From Octopus bimaculoides (Eukaryota): a stretch of 64,000 bases of DNA. Of this stretch, positions 12,176 through 26,493 are shown one piece after another. Positions within the stretch are counted from its first letter, which is position 1; the number at the start of each line of letters is the position of its first letter. The stretch spans positions 137,708,486 to 137,772,485 of the forward strand of contig NC_068983.1 of NCBI RefSeq assembly GCF_001194135.2, read 5' to 3'. The notes under the pieces are model-generated. The model searched no databases. It saw only the letters and a program-made list of their open reading frames with translations, and had not been told where the DNA came from. Made by a program: the position numbers and the translations under genes.

Positions 12176-12356
12176 AATATTTTCTACTATAGGCAGAAGG
12201 CCTGAAACTTTGGGATGGGGGATAGTCGATTACATCGACCCCAGTACTCAGCCGGTACTTATTTTATCGATCCCGAAAGGATGAAAGGCAAAGTCATCAT
12301 CGGCGGAATTTGAACTCATAACGTAAGAAAGGATGAAATGCCGCTAAGCATTTTGC
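12176..12356 (-). mobile_element. 5'-truncated tRNA-derived SINE with 15-bp target-site duplication
   Basis: Minus strand has a B-box-like GAGTTCAAATTCC, a central GCCTTTCATCCTTTCGGGATCGATAAAATAAGTACC domain and a short ATT tail. Flanking direct repeat CATTTACAACTTAAT at 12161-12175 and 12357-12371. Confidence 0.85.
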
Positions 12357-12556
12357 CATTTACAACTTAATTATAGGTCCTCTTTTCATTTAAAGACATA
12401 GGATGTTATTAAAAAGATATGTGGCGTTATCTTTTTTTTTTTTATCAGATCGAGATATGACTCAGAGTTTTCTTTGTTGACTCTTCTACTGAAAACGTGT
12501 ATGTTGAGAGAGAATCATTCGTATCGATGGTTTATCAAATTTCATTATACTGCTGA

Positions 12557-12953
12557 TGGTCATACATAGTATTGTGTATTTAAACTTTTTCTTAGATCCC
12601 ACATCCACTGCTCCTCTCCTACAGCCAATATACAGTAATCCCTTGACTATCACGAGTGCTACGTCCCCCACCCCGCGATAAGTGAAAATCCGTGAAGTAG
12701 AAACAGTACTGTATATTATTTTTATTATTTTGATAATTTGTATACATTTGTTTTATTATAAATGCAAAACAACATCATGGAGGAATCGACGTAAGCTTAA
12801 ATAATAAACCGTGATAGGTGATCCGCGATATAGCCAGGGATTACTATATACAATCACCAACGAATTAGATAGCATTGCTTTTGTCCTGTTTGTCTGCTTT
12901 CCTGCTTGAGTGTCCTCTCTGGAATCCCAGAAATCACTGAATCCTTGAAGTTG
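12557..12953. repeat. Unclassified dispersed repeat, copy A (interrupted by a MITE)
   Basis: Matches 15473-15665 on both sides of the MITE (TAGTATTGTGT-TTTAAAC; CAATCACCAAC-AATTAGATA; GCTTGAGTGTCCTCTCTGG). Confidence 0.75.
12633..12846. mobile_element. Tigger/pogo-like MITE (Tc1/mariner superfamily)
   Basis: TA|CAGTAATCCC...GGGATTACTA|TA termini, 214 bp, no ORF. An empty paralogous site exists at ~15548. Confidence 0.8.
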
Positions 12954-13618
12954 ATGACATCACAATTCATTTGGACTTTAACATACACCCATGTATATAT
13001 GCACACGTGCGTGTGTATATACATAAATAGATACAAGCATGGCTGATTAGTTCATTTTTCAATTAGAAAATTTTGATCCCAGTACACGGTAGCAGAAGCA
13101 AGTTTCTTCTACTAACCTTATCCAAGCCTTGTGACCAAATTTAAAGTTTGAAACTGTATAATAGCAGATCCCCTACAATTCACTTGTGCCGTGGCCTGTT
13201 CGTGTAATTGAAAGAATCAACCTTGTCACACGCCGAGTCTGTCCGACGATTACATTAAGGGTACAAGTGTCTGTAGAACATTCAGCCCCTCTAAAATACA
13301 GCGAGTTTTAAGTTTCGAGAAATTGGAAACTGAAGAGTCTTATTTCATGTGATATTATCTCACATTGTGACACCTTCACCGACATTTGTAGTTGATGTGT
13401 TTATACATTTTGAATCAAATCCACTGAAATAAGCCAAGTCGATTCCACCACCAAATTTTGAAATTAAACCGTTGAGGGATGAAACTAAATGAACATATTT
13501 CGTCCATTTCTTCTCTTTACTGTCTCTGTTACGCCACCACCTTTTGTTCTTGATAAATAACAAGGGATTATTTCAAATTCCAGAGTATCATTTCTATAGT
13601 AATGTATTCAGTGTGTTT

Positions 13619-13682
<64 letters not shown>

Positions 13683-15472
13683 TCCCCCAGTCTCTTTGTT
13701 TCAAAATAAAATCTATCAAGACACAACAATGCCGTAGGGAAACACTAAAAGTTCTACGACTAATTTGTAAGGTTGCTTATTCTTCCACCAATTTTTTCAC
13801 TCCACCTCATCAGTATAATCATCTCTCCACTTACATACATCTCCACCTTCTTCTTCTTCTTCTTCTTCTTCTTCTTCTTCTTCTTCTTCTTCTTCTTCTT
13901 CTTCTTCTTCTTCTTCTTCTTCTTCTTCTTCTTCTTCTTCTNNNNNNNNNNNNNNNNNNNNNNNNNNNNNNNNNNNNNNNNNNNNNNNNNNNNNNNNNNN
14001 NNNNNNNNNNNNNNNNNNNNNNNNNNNNNNNNNNNNNNNNNNNNNNNNNNNNNNNNNNNNNNNNNNNNNNNNNNNNNNNNNNNNNNNNNNNNNNNNNNNN
14101 NNNNNNNNNNNNNNNNNNNNNNNNNNNNNNNNNNNNNNNNNNNNNNNNNNNNNNNNNNNNNNNNNNNNNNNNNNNNNNNNNNNNNNNNNNNNNNNNNNNN
14201 NNNNNNNNNNNNNNNNNNNNNNNNNNNNNNNNNNNNNNNNNNNNNNNNNNNNNNNNNNNNNNNNNNNNNNNNNNNNNNNNNNNNNNNNNNNNNNNNNNNN
14301 NNNNNNNNNNNNNNNNNNNNNNNNNNNNNNNNNNNNNNNNNNNNNNNNNNNNNNNNNNNNNNNNNNNNNNNNNNNNNNNNNNNNNNNNNNNNNNNNNNNN
14401 NNNNNNNNNNNNNNNNNNNNNNNNNNNNNNNNNNNNNNNNNNNNNNNNNNNNNNNNNNNNNNNNNNNNNNNNNNNNNNNNNNNNNNNNNNNNNNNNNNNN
14501 NNNNNNNNNNNNNNNNNNNNNNNNNNNNNNNNNNNNNNNNNNNNNNNNNNNNNNNNNNNNNNNNNNNNNNNNNNNNNNNNNNNNNNNNNNNNNNNNNNNN
14601 NNNNNNNNNNNNNNNNNNNNNNNNNNNNNNNNNNNNNNNNNNNNNNNNNNNNNNNNNNNNNNNNNNNNNNNNNNNNNNNNNNNNNNNNNNNNNNNCTATC
14701 TTTATTACCGCTATAATTCCAAAGCCTTTATCACCACCATCACCATCAGTGCCATGTATATTATCATGTTCATGCCATTTCAAAAGCCATCCGTTTCCAA
14801 ATATTTTTCCAACGAAATAAAATGATTATTTGGCTTAAATATCATTTTATTGATTTCAAGTTAAGGTATCTCATATCCAGCGAGGAGGAGTTCAGCAGTT
14901 CGAATCATATCAGTAGCTTTTTAAATAACTTATAGGATCTTACTGTAACCATTACAACGAAGACGGTGAATTGGCAGAAACGTTAGATCGTCGAATAATA
15001 TTCCTTAAGTTGTTTTCGTTCCGGTGGTCTAATTTCAAACCCAAACTTTTATTGTACTTAACGTTAGTTTTTCTATGACTTCTACTTCTCTCACTGGTTC
15101 AACCAGAGAATTGTTTCTCTGAACATACCTGTCTGCATACTACTCAGCCACCTACCCACCAATTTTACGTGTTCGAAGTATGTAGCAGTTGTTATTTAGA
15201 CCCCGAGAGAGCAGACCTGTGAATAACCGTCTTTTTTTCAGACATTCAGAAATAATAGGTCCTCTTATTTTTCTTTTATCAAAGACGTAGGATGTGATTT
15301 GAGGATATTTGACTGCTGTTTTGACCAGATCGCGGGATAACAGGGAGTTTTCATCGTGTACTCGTCTAGTATAATGTGTGTGTTGAAAGAGAGAGGGAGA
15401 TAGATAGATAGATAGATAGATAGAGAGCCATTCATATATGTGGTTTATTAAACTTCATAATGCCACAGTGAC

Positions 15473-15665
15473 CGGTGGTCGTACCTAGTATTGTGTGTTT
15501 AAACATTTTTGCGAGCTCCTACGACCAACCCCTCCCCAAAACCAATATATCCAATCACCAACAAATTAGATAACATTGTTTTTGTTCTGTTTGTTTGCTC
15601 CACTGATCGATTATTTGCTTGAGTGTCCTCTCTGGTATCTCAGAAATTACCGAAGCTTTGATGTT
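15473..15665. repeat. Unclassified dispersed repeat, copy B (uninterrupted)
   Basis: Colinear with 12557-12632 plus 12849-12953. Confidence 0.75.
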
Positions 15666-16251
15666 CACATTTAATAAAAAGTATATAAAATTAAAAATTG
15701 GTTCGTTGTTGTTTTTCCCAAGTTTTGCTTTATTAGCGAGTTATGTGGACATTAAGTACACGGTCAGCTCTTTTCAACATGTTATATACTGGGTGAAATC
15801 ATTTACGCAGTAAACTTTAGAAATACACAGAGTAACACAGTTTCATAGCAACCTAATTTCTTCCAGATTTTAAAAGCTAAAGAAGTACCACTGCAGATTT
15901 TGGTACCTGTAATAACTAGTAGCGCAAAATTCCTTCAGATGCTGGCCATCCATGTTAGTATTTCGCCTGTTTTCATTCGTAAACTTTTTGCACAATAAGG
16001 TCTGAAATATTTTGGTTATGTAATGGAATAAGATGAGGTTGAAAATTGATCGTATGCTTGTCATCTGACCATTAATGTAACATTGTTAACTCGAGGTACT
16101 TATTGTACTGTATCTGTCATGTCTCATCTGCTGCTTTTTCTTCTACAGATCAACAGTAGTAAAATATGGTTTCGAGAAAAAGCACAAGTTTGTTGCGTGC
16201 ATTGATGAACCTAACGCTTAGGCCTATTGCCGTTTGTCTAAGTTAGGAAGT

Positions 16252-16343
<92 letters not shown>

Positions 16344-16378
16344 NNNNNNNNNNNNNNNNNNNNNNNNNNNNNNNNNNN

Positions 16379-16430
<52 letters not shown>

Positions 16431-18018
16431 TGAAAGAAAGTAGTGTTGTTGATTTGGTTGCAAGCTATGTAACACCATCATGTGTACTGCTAGCTTCAGG
16501 GAACCGTTGACCTCTTTCTTGTCTTTGAAGATTTTTGGTTAATGGTCTCCGCGGCAGTAACACAGAACACATTTCCAGTTGAATGGATTGAGATAACGTG
16601 AAATGAACTGCTTTTCTAAAGGATACAGAACTCACGACTTCACGGCCATAAGTACAACACCTGAAGCACGAGGCTGCACAACTTCACAGGAAACACGTAT
16701 TTGCTTACAACTAAAGCGACAGCACTCAATTGTTGAATGTGTTTCTTAAGATGCCAGAGTGTGATTTGAAATAGCTTTAGTTGCTATTTCTAGTTGTTCA
16801 AGCGACCATGTAGATACACTTTAGTTAGCTTGAAGGGCTCCTTCGATAAAGTACAATATCGATTTCAGTGAAAAAAAAAAAAAGGCGCTATATACATTTT
16901 CTGTTATTACAAGGACATTTTCAGCTTATGTGAATTAAAATAGCTATTTTTAATAGCTAATATTTTAAATAGGTATTAGGAATAGAAATCGAATCACGTC
17001 CTCCGCTAGTCAGATTCCTGCTATCCTACTATTCTGTGCTCCCCTTATTAAATGAAAGCGCAGCTAAGCAGACAAGCACACACACACACACACACACACC
17101 TGCACGCACATGCAAATATACACATAAATACATACATGAATGAATACATACAAGCACATATACGTATACATACGAATATACATGTAAACATATACTTAAA
17201 TAAATACATACATACACACACATATGCAAACATGTTGATAGACAGATATATGCTTATAACCAAGCGTGCACATTCTCTCACACGAGTAGGTGTTCTAAAT
17301 TACAATCAAAAATTATATCCGTGATTGCTTCCTGTTTAGTCTTATAATTGAAATAATAATAAAGAAAAATATTTCTACACTTGCCTCCTTTTCCTCGTCG
17401 TCCTCATCCCCTCCCCCTCTCCTCCTTCTCCTCCTCCTCCGCCTCCTCCAACTTTTATATTGGCAACAAAGTTTCCAGTCGCAAAAAAAGCAACGATACA
17501 TACACTCATACATCCGTGCGCACGCACGCACATTCATACGTATATACATTTATATATATATATGTGCGTATATATATGCGTATATATATGCGTATATATA
17601 TGTACATATGTGAGTATATACGTATATATNNNNNNNNNNNNNNNNNNNNNNNNNNNNNNNNNNNNNNNNNNNNNNNNNNNNNNNNNNNNNNNNNNNNNNN
17701 NNNNNNNNNNNNNNNNNNNNNNNNNNNNNNNNNNNNNNNNNNNNNNNNNNNNNNNNNNNNNNNNNNNNNNNNNNNNNNNNNNNNNNNNNNNNNNNNNNNN
17801 NNNNNNNNNNNNNNNNNNNNNNNNNNNNNNNNNNNNNNNNNNNNNNNNNNNNNNNNNNNNNNNNNNNNNNNNNNNNNNNNNNNNNNNNNNNNNNNNNNNN
17901 NNNNNNNNNNNNNNNNNNNNNNNNNNNNNNNNNNNNNNNNNNNNNNNNNNNNNNNNNNNNNNNNNNNNNNNNNNNNNNNNNNNNNNNNNNNNNNNNNNNN
18001 NNNNNNNNNNNNNNNNNN

Positions 18019-18049
<31 letters not shown>

Positions 18050-18229
18050 GTATGCATGCATGTATGTATGAGCGTGTGTATATTCCTGCCGTTCTCTCTC
18101 TTTCTCTTTCTCTTTCCTTATCTCTCTCTCAGAATGAAACTATCAATCCTTGCCGTCGGCAAAGACTTGGCTATGGAATTGAAACAAGAATAACACAGCA
18201 ACAAGAACAAAAAAAAATCATAGGAAGAC

Positions 18230-18273
<44 letters not shown>

Positions 18274-18419
18274 TACACACACACACACACACACGCACAC
18301 ACACAAACACACACACACACACACACTCGCACGTGCATAGGCACATGCACATACACAAATATACTTTAGATTATATCTCGAGCTTCTTATTGAAGGATAG
18401 CTATCGTTATCAAGCAGCA

Positions 18420-18488
<69 letters not shown>

Positions 18489-18945
18489 CATTATTATTAT
18501 TAATTATAGTTATTGTTATTGTTCATCGTGTAGATGTATAAATATTGTTTTTTTAATGCCAAATATTTAAATAATTAAACCGAGGAGTCACCATAAATAA
18601 AGCAAAAATAAACACATTACAGTAACGAGTAGCAAAACATTATAGATATTCTTTGAAAAATTTCCTCCTCCTCCTATTTCTCCTCCTCCTATTTCTCCTC
18701 CTCCTATTTCTCCTNNNNNNNNNNTACTACTACTACTACTACTACTACTACTACCTTACAGGAATGAGCTGCTTTCTTAACATGGATATAGAGTTCTGTC
18801 ATTTGAATGTAGATGACAAAAACAATGTCGCATGTTGACCTAAAGAACTCATGCATATTTTTTACTGTTTCGCTTACAGATTGTATTTGCCAGATTGTCA
18901 CCAAGACATTTACAAAACCAAGTGTATCCCTTTCGTTCAGTTTTT

Positions 18946-19110
18946 GAGATGGCCTGTAGTCTGGTAGTTAAGGTATTCGGCTCATAATCATATAGTTGTC
19001 AGTATAGTTACTGAACTGCTTAATGTGTAGTCTCTTTGAGCTCAGCACTTCATCCAACGTTGCTTCAGTCTACTCAACCGTAAATGAATAGCAGCTGGTT
19101 ACAAGTGCAG
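18946..19110 (+). mobile_element. Decayed tRNA-head SINE
   Basis: A-box-like TGGCCTGTAGTCTGGTAG. The downstream CACTTCATCCAACGTTGCTTCAGTCTACTCAAC resembles the core shared with the SINEs at 38950 and 45376. Confidence 0.45.
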
Positions 19111-19260
19111 CCCACTCTCCTTCCTACTCTCACATCCTGGATGCGCCGTTGAGCCAAGGATAAGGGCACCGAGAGAGTGTCTATGCCTTCTGTGACTACA
19201 GAGGAACCTAAAACTATCAGGGAAAGCACGGTACATCATACTCACTCCCGTTTGTAAACA

Positions 19261-19306
<46 letters not shown>

Positions 19307-19902
19307 ACACACACACGCACACACGCACACGCACACACACACACGTTTGGTTATGTATGTATATATACGTGTTTGCGTGCGCGCGTGTATGTGTGCGTAA
19401 ACATCCATATAAATATAGAAAGAGAGAGAGAAAAAGAAGGAAAAAGGGAGACGGAGAGATNNNNNNNNNNNNNNNNNNNNNNNNNNNNNNNNNNNNNNNN
19501 NNNNNNNNNNNNNNNNNNNNNNNNNNNNNNNNNNNNNNNNNNNNNNNNNNNNNNNNNNNNNNNNNNNNNNNNNNNNNNNNNNNNNNNNNNNNNNNNNNNN
19601 NNNNNNNNNNNNNNNNNNNNNNNNNNNNNNNNNNNNNNNNNNNNNNNNNNNNNNNNNNNNNNNNNNNNNNNNNNNNNNNNNNNNNNNNNNNNNNNNNNNN
19701 NNNNNNNNNNNNNNNNNNNNNNNNNNNNNNNNNNNNNNNNNNNNNNNNNNNNNNNNNNNNNNNNNNNNNNNNNNNNNNNNNNNNNNNNNNNNNNNNNNNN
19801 NNNNNNNNNNNNNNNNNNNNNNNNNNNNNNNNNNNNNNNNNNNNNNNNNNNNNNNNNNNNNNNNNNNNNNNTATATATATATATATATATATATAAGTAT
19901 AC

Positions 19903-19950
<48 letters not shown>

Positions 19951-21039
19951 CTCTATCTATCTCTCTATCTATCTATCTCTCTATCTACATATCCGCCATG
20001 TATTTATGCATGCGTATATGTATGTATGCATACACAAGCACACATATTAATATATATATAACATCCAATATACAGCGATGATGACCCTCAACAAATATAT
20101 GTGACAAACCATACACTTAAGTATCTTATAAATCCACACTGATTTTACGTACATATACATTTATATGCACCAGCCACACAATATATGGATAATGAGATAA
20201 AATTTTCTGACAATGGCTGCATCGTTAGTAGCTTCATGTTTTTTTCCAAATTGGAATATTTCTTCCCTTTCAATATTTCTTTACAATTTTTTCTGCAGCA
20301 TCATTAAAAAATGTGATTTAAGGCTCTAATTGGGTAGCAGTTAGTTCACGATCATTATCTCATCGTTGGGTTTCTCAAGCTACAAGTGACGAGTCGTTAA
20401 GACTCAAATACTGTTATGATATACAAGTAGTAATATTTTAAATTAAAGTTTTTGAAATAATTGTAATGACATCCTCTTTTAAAAGTAACGCAAGTAACAG
20501 TCAAACAATTTTTTGTTTCTTTCTCATTCACTCACACTCCACTCTCTCCCTCCATTTATCTATCTCTGCACACGCACATACGTATACACACACACACGCA
20601 CACACACACACACACACACATACACACACACCTTAACACTTCTAATACACTAAATGAAACCTCAGATACACACTAAATTGCCGTCCCAATGGAAAATGCT
20701 TATCGAAAGGCATTGTATGTGGAACTGATGTGAAAACAGCAGATGGTGTTAAACGGCACACACACACACACACACACACNNNNNNNNNNNNNNNNNNNNN
20801 NNNNNNNNNNNNNNNNNNNNNNNNNNNNNNNNNNNNNNNNNNNNNNNNNNNNNNNNNNNNNNNNNNNNNNNNNNNNNNNNNNNNNNNNNNNNNNNNNNNN
20901 NNNNNNNNNNNNNNNNNNNNNNNNNNNNNNNNNNNNNNNNNNNNNNNNNNNNNNNNNNNNNNNNNNNNNNNNNNNNNNNNNNNNNNNNNNNNNNNNNNNN
21001 NNNNNNNNNNNNNNNNNNNNNNNNNNNNNNNNNNNNNNN

Positions 21040-21076
<37 letters not shown>

Positions 21077-23176
21077 AAAACATCTTGGAAACTTGATAAA
21101 ACAGAACATATTCAATCATTAAAATCCAGGGACAAAATTAAATCTGTATCATTAACTCAATATATGCTGAGAGTTGATGATATATGAGTGAACAATGTAC
21201 TATAAAATGAGACGTTGTTGAGGAAACCGAGCTAGGTAATAGTGGGAAGAAAAGATGTAATTTATGAACGCAGAAAAGGTACAAAATATTATTAGCTACG
21301 CCATGTAAGATCTTGAATTTGAGAGACGAAAAATTCTGCACATTCTTACGTCGGACAAAATTCATCCTTTATCACTGGACTACATTACATCTGCAGATTC
21401 ATTTAAAATAAGACTAAGATAAATGAAGAAGAAATAAACAATAGAAAGGATTATTCCCCCGCTACATAACATTCATTTCAAATGATCTCTCCTGGGTACT
21501 AAAATTAAGCAGCCCACGCCATATATAAATCAAGATTTGTCTTTCTCTCTCTCTGTGGATTTGTCTTCCATCAATTGCACGCTGCTCAACCGAGAACCGT
21601 AGTATTAACACCACATTATCTGAGATGACAAATGAAATTAACAAATGAAATTAATGTGTAAAACATCCTGTCCAAACGCCATTTATTATATTTTTATTAT
21701 ATTTCTCCTGGACTAACGTGACAAGCAGGAAACTACGAGTAACGACAGAGCTAAGAGCCAGCTGCAGATAGATAAATAATGTTTAATTACTGATAAATAA
21801 GATAATATTAATAATTAATTTAGCATTTATAATGTGTACTGAATATTCTTTCTCTCATTTATGAAATAAAAAATCATGTGCGTATATGTAAATGTATATA
21901 TCCATACATGCATACATGCATACATGCATACATGCATACATACATACATATAAATATATATGAATGTCACCAGAGGGCCTTGTAAGATTTTATATAAAGA
22001 ACGTAGAAGAATGGTAAGATTCAACGAAGCAGTTTCGGTTTTAATTTGTTTCCTTATTATTTTGGAAAAAAGCCTGAATGTTACAATTCCCCACATTCCC
22101 TGTCTAAATTATAGGTTCATTGTTTTTAGTAAATTGAAGTTTTGTCTTCCTCGGCTACGAATTTAAATAACACAGGATTCAGTTTTAGTTTTAGTCATAC
22201 AAAGTTCAATAATGCTAAGTTAAGAAATATGAAATTGGTTCACTCAACTATACTTTGTCTTTAACCTTTTCCTCAATGACAGTGTACCAAATAGAAAGGA
22301 ACCGATGGTTATTTCTTTTGACTAGTTTGAGGAAGAGAAAACCGGACGTTGTGAAGTTCTAATCCTTTTCAAGTACATCTGTAGCCCTTGAAATGAATCC
22401 AAATGTGATTAAACATGCACCAAATGCGGGTTAGTTCTGTAAACAATTGCATTGATTGGTTGTCACGTAAGGATTCGAGCGAATTATGACTCGGAGTTAT
22501 TATTCATTGCTTATTCTAAAGAGACAATAAAATTGCTACACCTAAGTATCCATACGGATAAAAAAAATTGTCAGTGTGGGAGATCAATATTAGAGTTCAG
22601 AGGATTTGTAAGAAGAGAAAGATTCAGTGGGTTGAGTCCACAAAACGATTTCAGTCCCTGATTGACGCAGTTATTTGACTTTGCTAACGATCAGATACTA
22701 GCTGACTACCAATCACTCTCCACAATGCGTCTGATGCCGTGAATTAATTGTTGCTGCGAGTGCAGTAAAATTGGCAGAAGCCGATTCTGAGATCTGGTTA
22801 CGGTTTCTGTATTTAGTAATTTTAGCAAGTTTATGAGGAAAATGATATTAGTAAAAACATTTATATCTTTGTTTCTACAAACATGTAGCTTATGATCTAT
22901 ATAAGATCTAACATTTCCTGTACAGGTGATATTAAAGAATAACATACTTATTACTTCTTTGACTATTACTTCTGTGGTTAAGTTGGTGGTGACATCTAGT
23001 AAATATGCAAAAGCGGTGATAGTTATTTTTATGCCGAAATAAACGGAGTTTTTAATTAGATGTTTTCTATTTGTATCTCTCTCTCTCCCCTCTCTCTCTC
23101 TCCCTCTNNNNNNNNNNNNNNNNNNNNNNNNNNNNNNNNNNNNNNNNNNNNNNNNNNNNNCTCTCTCTCTCTCTCT

Positions 23177-23225
<49 letters not shown>

Positions 23226-23226
<1 letters not shown>

Positions 23227-23430
23227 ATAGTTTCAAATTTTGGCACAAGACCAGCAATTTCGAAGGAGGGGTTAAGTCGATTGTATCGACCCCAGTACTC
23301 AACAGGTACTTATATCATCGATAAAAAGCAAAATCGACCTCAGTAGAATTTTGAACTCGGAACGTAAAAACAGACGAAAAACTGCTAAGCATTTTGCCTG
23401 GCGTAACGGTTCTGCCTGCTCGCTGCCTTA
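23226..23430 (-). mobile_element. tRNA-derived SINE (same family as 12176)
   Basis: Shares AGTCGATT-TATCGACCCCAGTACTCA, GAACTC-GAACGTAA and CTAAGCATTTTGCC with 12176-12356, and retains the head GCAGCGAGCAGGCAGAACCGTTA. Confidence 0.75.
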
Positions 23431-24971
23431 CATATATTTATAAAAGCAGGGTTAACGCTACTTCATCGTCTCTATATAAGCCTATATCTATTGTATTTAG
23501 TTGCATACTAGATATTTGTATAATTGGTCAATTGCTAATTTTAACAAACATCGAACCGTTTAGCATGAAATCTTTGTAAAATCGACCGGTTATCTGTTTA
23601 CGAAAATGACATAAATTCTGTTTATTCATATAATTTGTTCCAATTTTTGAACGAAAACTCGTGAAATCTATCAGAAATTAAACATATAATTTGATGTGAA
23701 TAAAGTGATTCTGGCTGTTTCTATTTTCATGTTAAATTTAAAGTAGCCGTTGACAATACTTCATTCCTACCATCAATCGACGTACTCAAGTAATATTTTT
23801 GTCTTATTTTTAATCATCTAATAATATTTTTCAGTATATAAATGGATGCTATTTTGTTGTTTTATTATCGACTAAATTAGCCTCTCATTGACTCAGTTAA
23901 TTTTTTTCTTAATACATGATCCTTGCTTTTATTATTGAGGAATTCAAGGAGTGTGGAAGTCATTGTAAGCACGTAAAGAATTTTATTTAAGCATGAGTAG
24001 TATAAAATATACTGTAATTGAGAAAAAAAATATAATTAAAAAAATCAAAATCATTTAAAGCTAGTTTTATATATAATCCATACATGTGTAACACATGTCT
24101 TTCTTCTAATAATTTACTGAAATATCTTAATTTATTGCCTATTACGCAAATCCGCTAATTTCAATGTCCTGTTTCTCGCATAATAATTTTAATCACCGGT
24201 GCTTTGTACAAGGGTTGTTGCATGTAGGAATAATCTTCAATCTATAAGTCAAGGATAAACTATAATAATTGCTTCTTTTGAAAGACCAATAAGTTACGAA
24301 ATCAGAAAAGTTAAAGTATCGCCCGTGACCTCCTAACAATAAGTTAGATTTTAGTCCCAGATGGTACTATTTTGCTGGAAATCTAAAAGGCGTAACAAAT
24401 AAAAAAAAAATTTAAATGTCATTAACATTAATTTTGATTTCATATAGAGAAGTATTTAAATGGATTATAGTATTATTTTTGCCCATCTACTGAGAATAAA
24501 TCCCATTGGAATAGAATTTGCTTTTGTTTATACAAGGTTCAGAAAGTAAGTATACGAAGTTAAATTTAATGGTACTACTCCCTTCATACTGAAAAATAGC
24601 CCTCAGCTATTGCAAGAAACCATTATCATAGTATACTTTTGTTGTATACACACATCAAAGAAATATACACAATCACACAGGTAAGAAAGAGTTGATAAAA
24701 ACAACTATATAATTTGGAAACGTTGTTGCCGTCGAAGTATGGAAATCATTAGCTGACGTTTTATTTTTCTGTTAGTTTGTGCTATTGAAAATAGCTATAC
24801 ACACATACATACATACATACATACATACATGCATGCATGCATACATACAAATATATGTATGTGCATACATACTTACACACACGTATGTGTAAACATACAT
24901 AGACATATCTTTCTATCGACTTGTTTATCTATCTACACACGTGTTCATATACCAGTGCATATACAGCATAT

Positions 24972-25021
<50 letters not shown>

Positions 25022-25048
25022 ACACACATATATATATANNNNNNNNNN

Positions 25049-25090
<42 letters not shown>

Positions 25091-25299
25091 TACATTAACA
25101 TACACACACACATATATGTATACTTCAAAACCACGAGTGTCTTTTCAATCTTTTGAACTGGCTACTTTAGATCGAAGCGAGAGGAGTTTATCTTGTTATA
25201 TGACACCATTCGCTTTATCCTTTTAACAATTTCTTATTTGGTCTTGTGTTACAAATATTTCATCGATACTAGTTTCTAAGTTAGCTAAAATAAATTCAC

Positions 25300-25675
25300 T
25301 TTATAAGAGAGAAAAAGAAAGACATTGAGTAAAATAGAAGAGAGACAGGGAGGGAGAGATTGAGATATAGGCAGGGAGAAAGCTGGAGATAGAAAACTAG
25401 AGAGAGTTAGAGAAAGAAAGAGAGAGAGAGAGAAAAGAAAATATGAAAGAATAGTGAGAGTAATGAAAAAAGAGGAGAACAATAAATAAGAGTGTGAGAG
25501 AGACAGAGAATGAAAGAGCGAGAAAGAAAAAGAAAAAGAAAGCGAGTGAGAAAAAGTAAGAAAAAGAGAAAGAAGGTGAGAAAAAGAGAAAGGAAGTATG
25601 AAAAAGAAAAAGAAGGTAAGAAAAAGAGAAAGAAGGAGAGAAAAAAGAGAAAGCAAGAGTAAAAGCATATGAGAT
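25300..25675 (+). repeat. Long purine-rich (GA/AAAG) tract with a degenerate ~20-bp subrepeat
   Basis: About 375 bp dominated by A/G. GAAAAAGAGAAAGAAGGT-type units recur at 25550-25660. Confidence 0.85.
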
Positions 25676-25886
25676 TCTGTGCAATTAGAGAACGTTTTAC
25701 AGAGAAAGTTGAAACTCTTTTTATCAAATGTGCCACATCACGATCAAACAGAATGTGAAAATACTAGACTACAAGAACAATAATTAAGGCAACAGAGCTT
25801 GAAATTGCAGTTAAAGAAAAGGACAAAAAATCAAAAACAAAAAAGCTAGAGAAACTAAACAGGGAAAAAAGGTAGATAGAGGTAGA

Positions 25887-25932
<46 letters not shown>

Positions 25933-26493
25933 GAGGAAGAGAGTGAGAGAGGGAAAGAATTTTAAAGATCGTTGAATGTTGAATCGATCAAAACTTTTGC
26001 AGACTTCTAAATGAATGGAGAAATGAGAAATGCAAATTTTGTGCAAGTTTAAATGTAACAGGTCAATGAATGTTTCACGGAGAACATGTGTACTGGTAAT
26101 GGCTGTGCACAGGTCTGTAAAAGAAGGGCAGGAAATTAAGAGAGCAACTGAAGCAAATGAAGAGTTGTGAGTATCTGAAAAGAGAACTAGCATTTAAAGA
26201 GAAACTGAAATAGGTAATTCTCTTTTAGTGGATTTGAATGTATTTTCAAAAGAATATTTTCCTAGTTAAGGAGAAGTGAAGAAAATAAAATGATCTGATA
26301 TAAAATTAAAAGAAGAAAAAGAAAAAAAAATGCGCAACACATATACATAGAAAAAATAAATAAAACAAATAACGTCAAACAGCTTACAAACAAAAGTAAC
26401 CAACTCAACGATATCATAAAACAAAATCAAATACAAGAGAAAACAAAATGCAAAACTCGCAAAATAAAATCAAGACCAAATAAAAAGTTATCA

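Noticed and set aside
24537-24545. 9-nt micro-exon GTTCAGAAA before GTAAGT
   Set aside because: The AAG acceptor is weak, and it cannot be distinguished from chance without RNA-seq.
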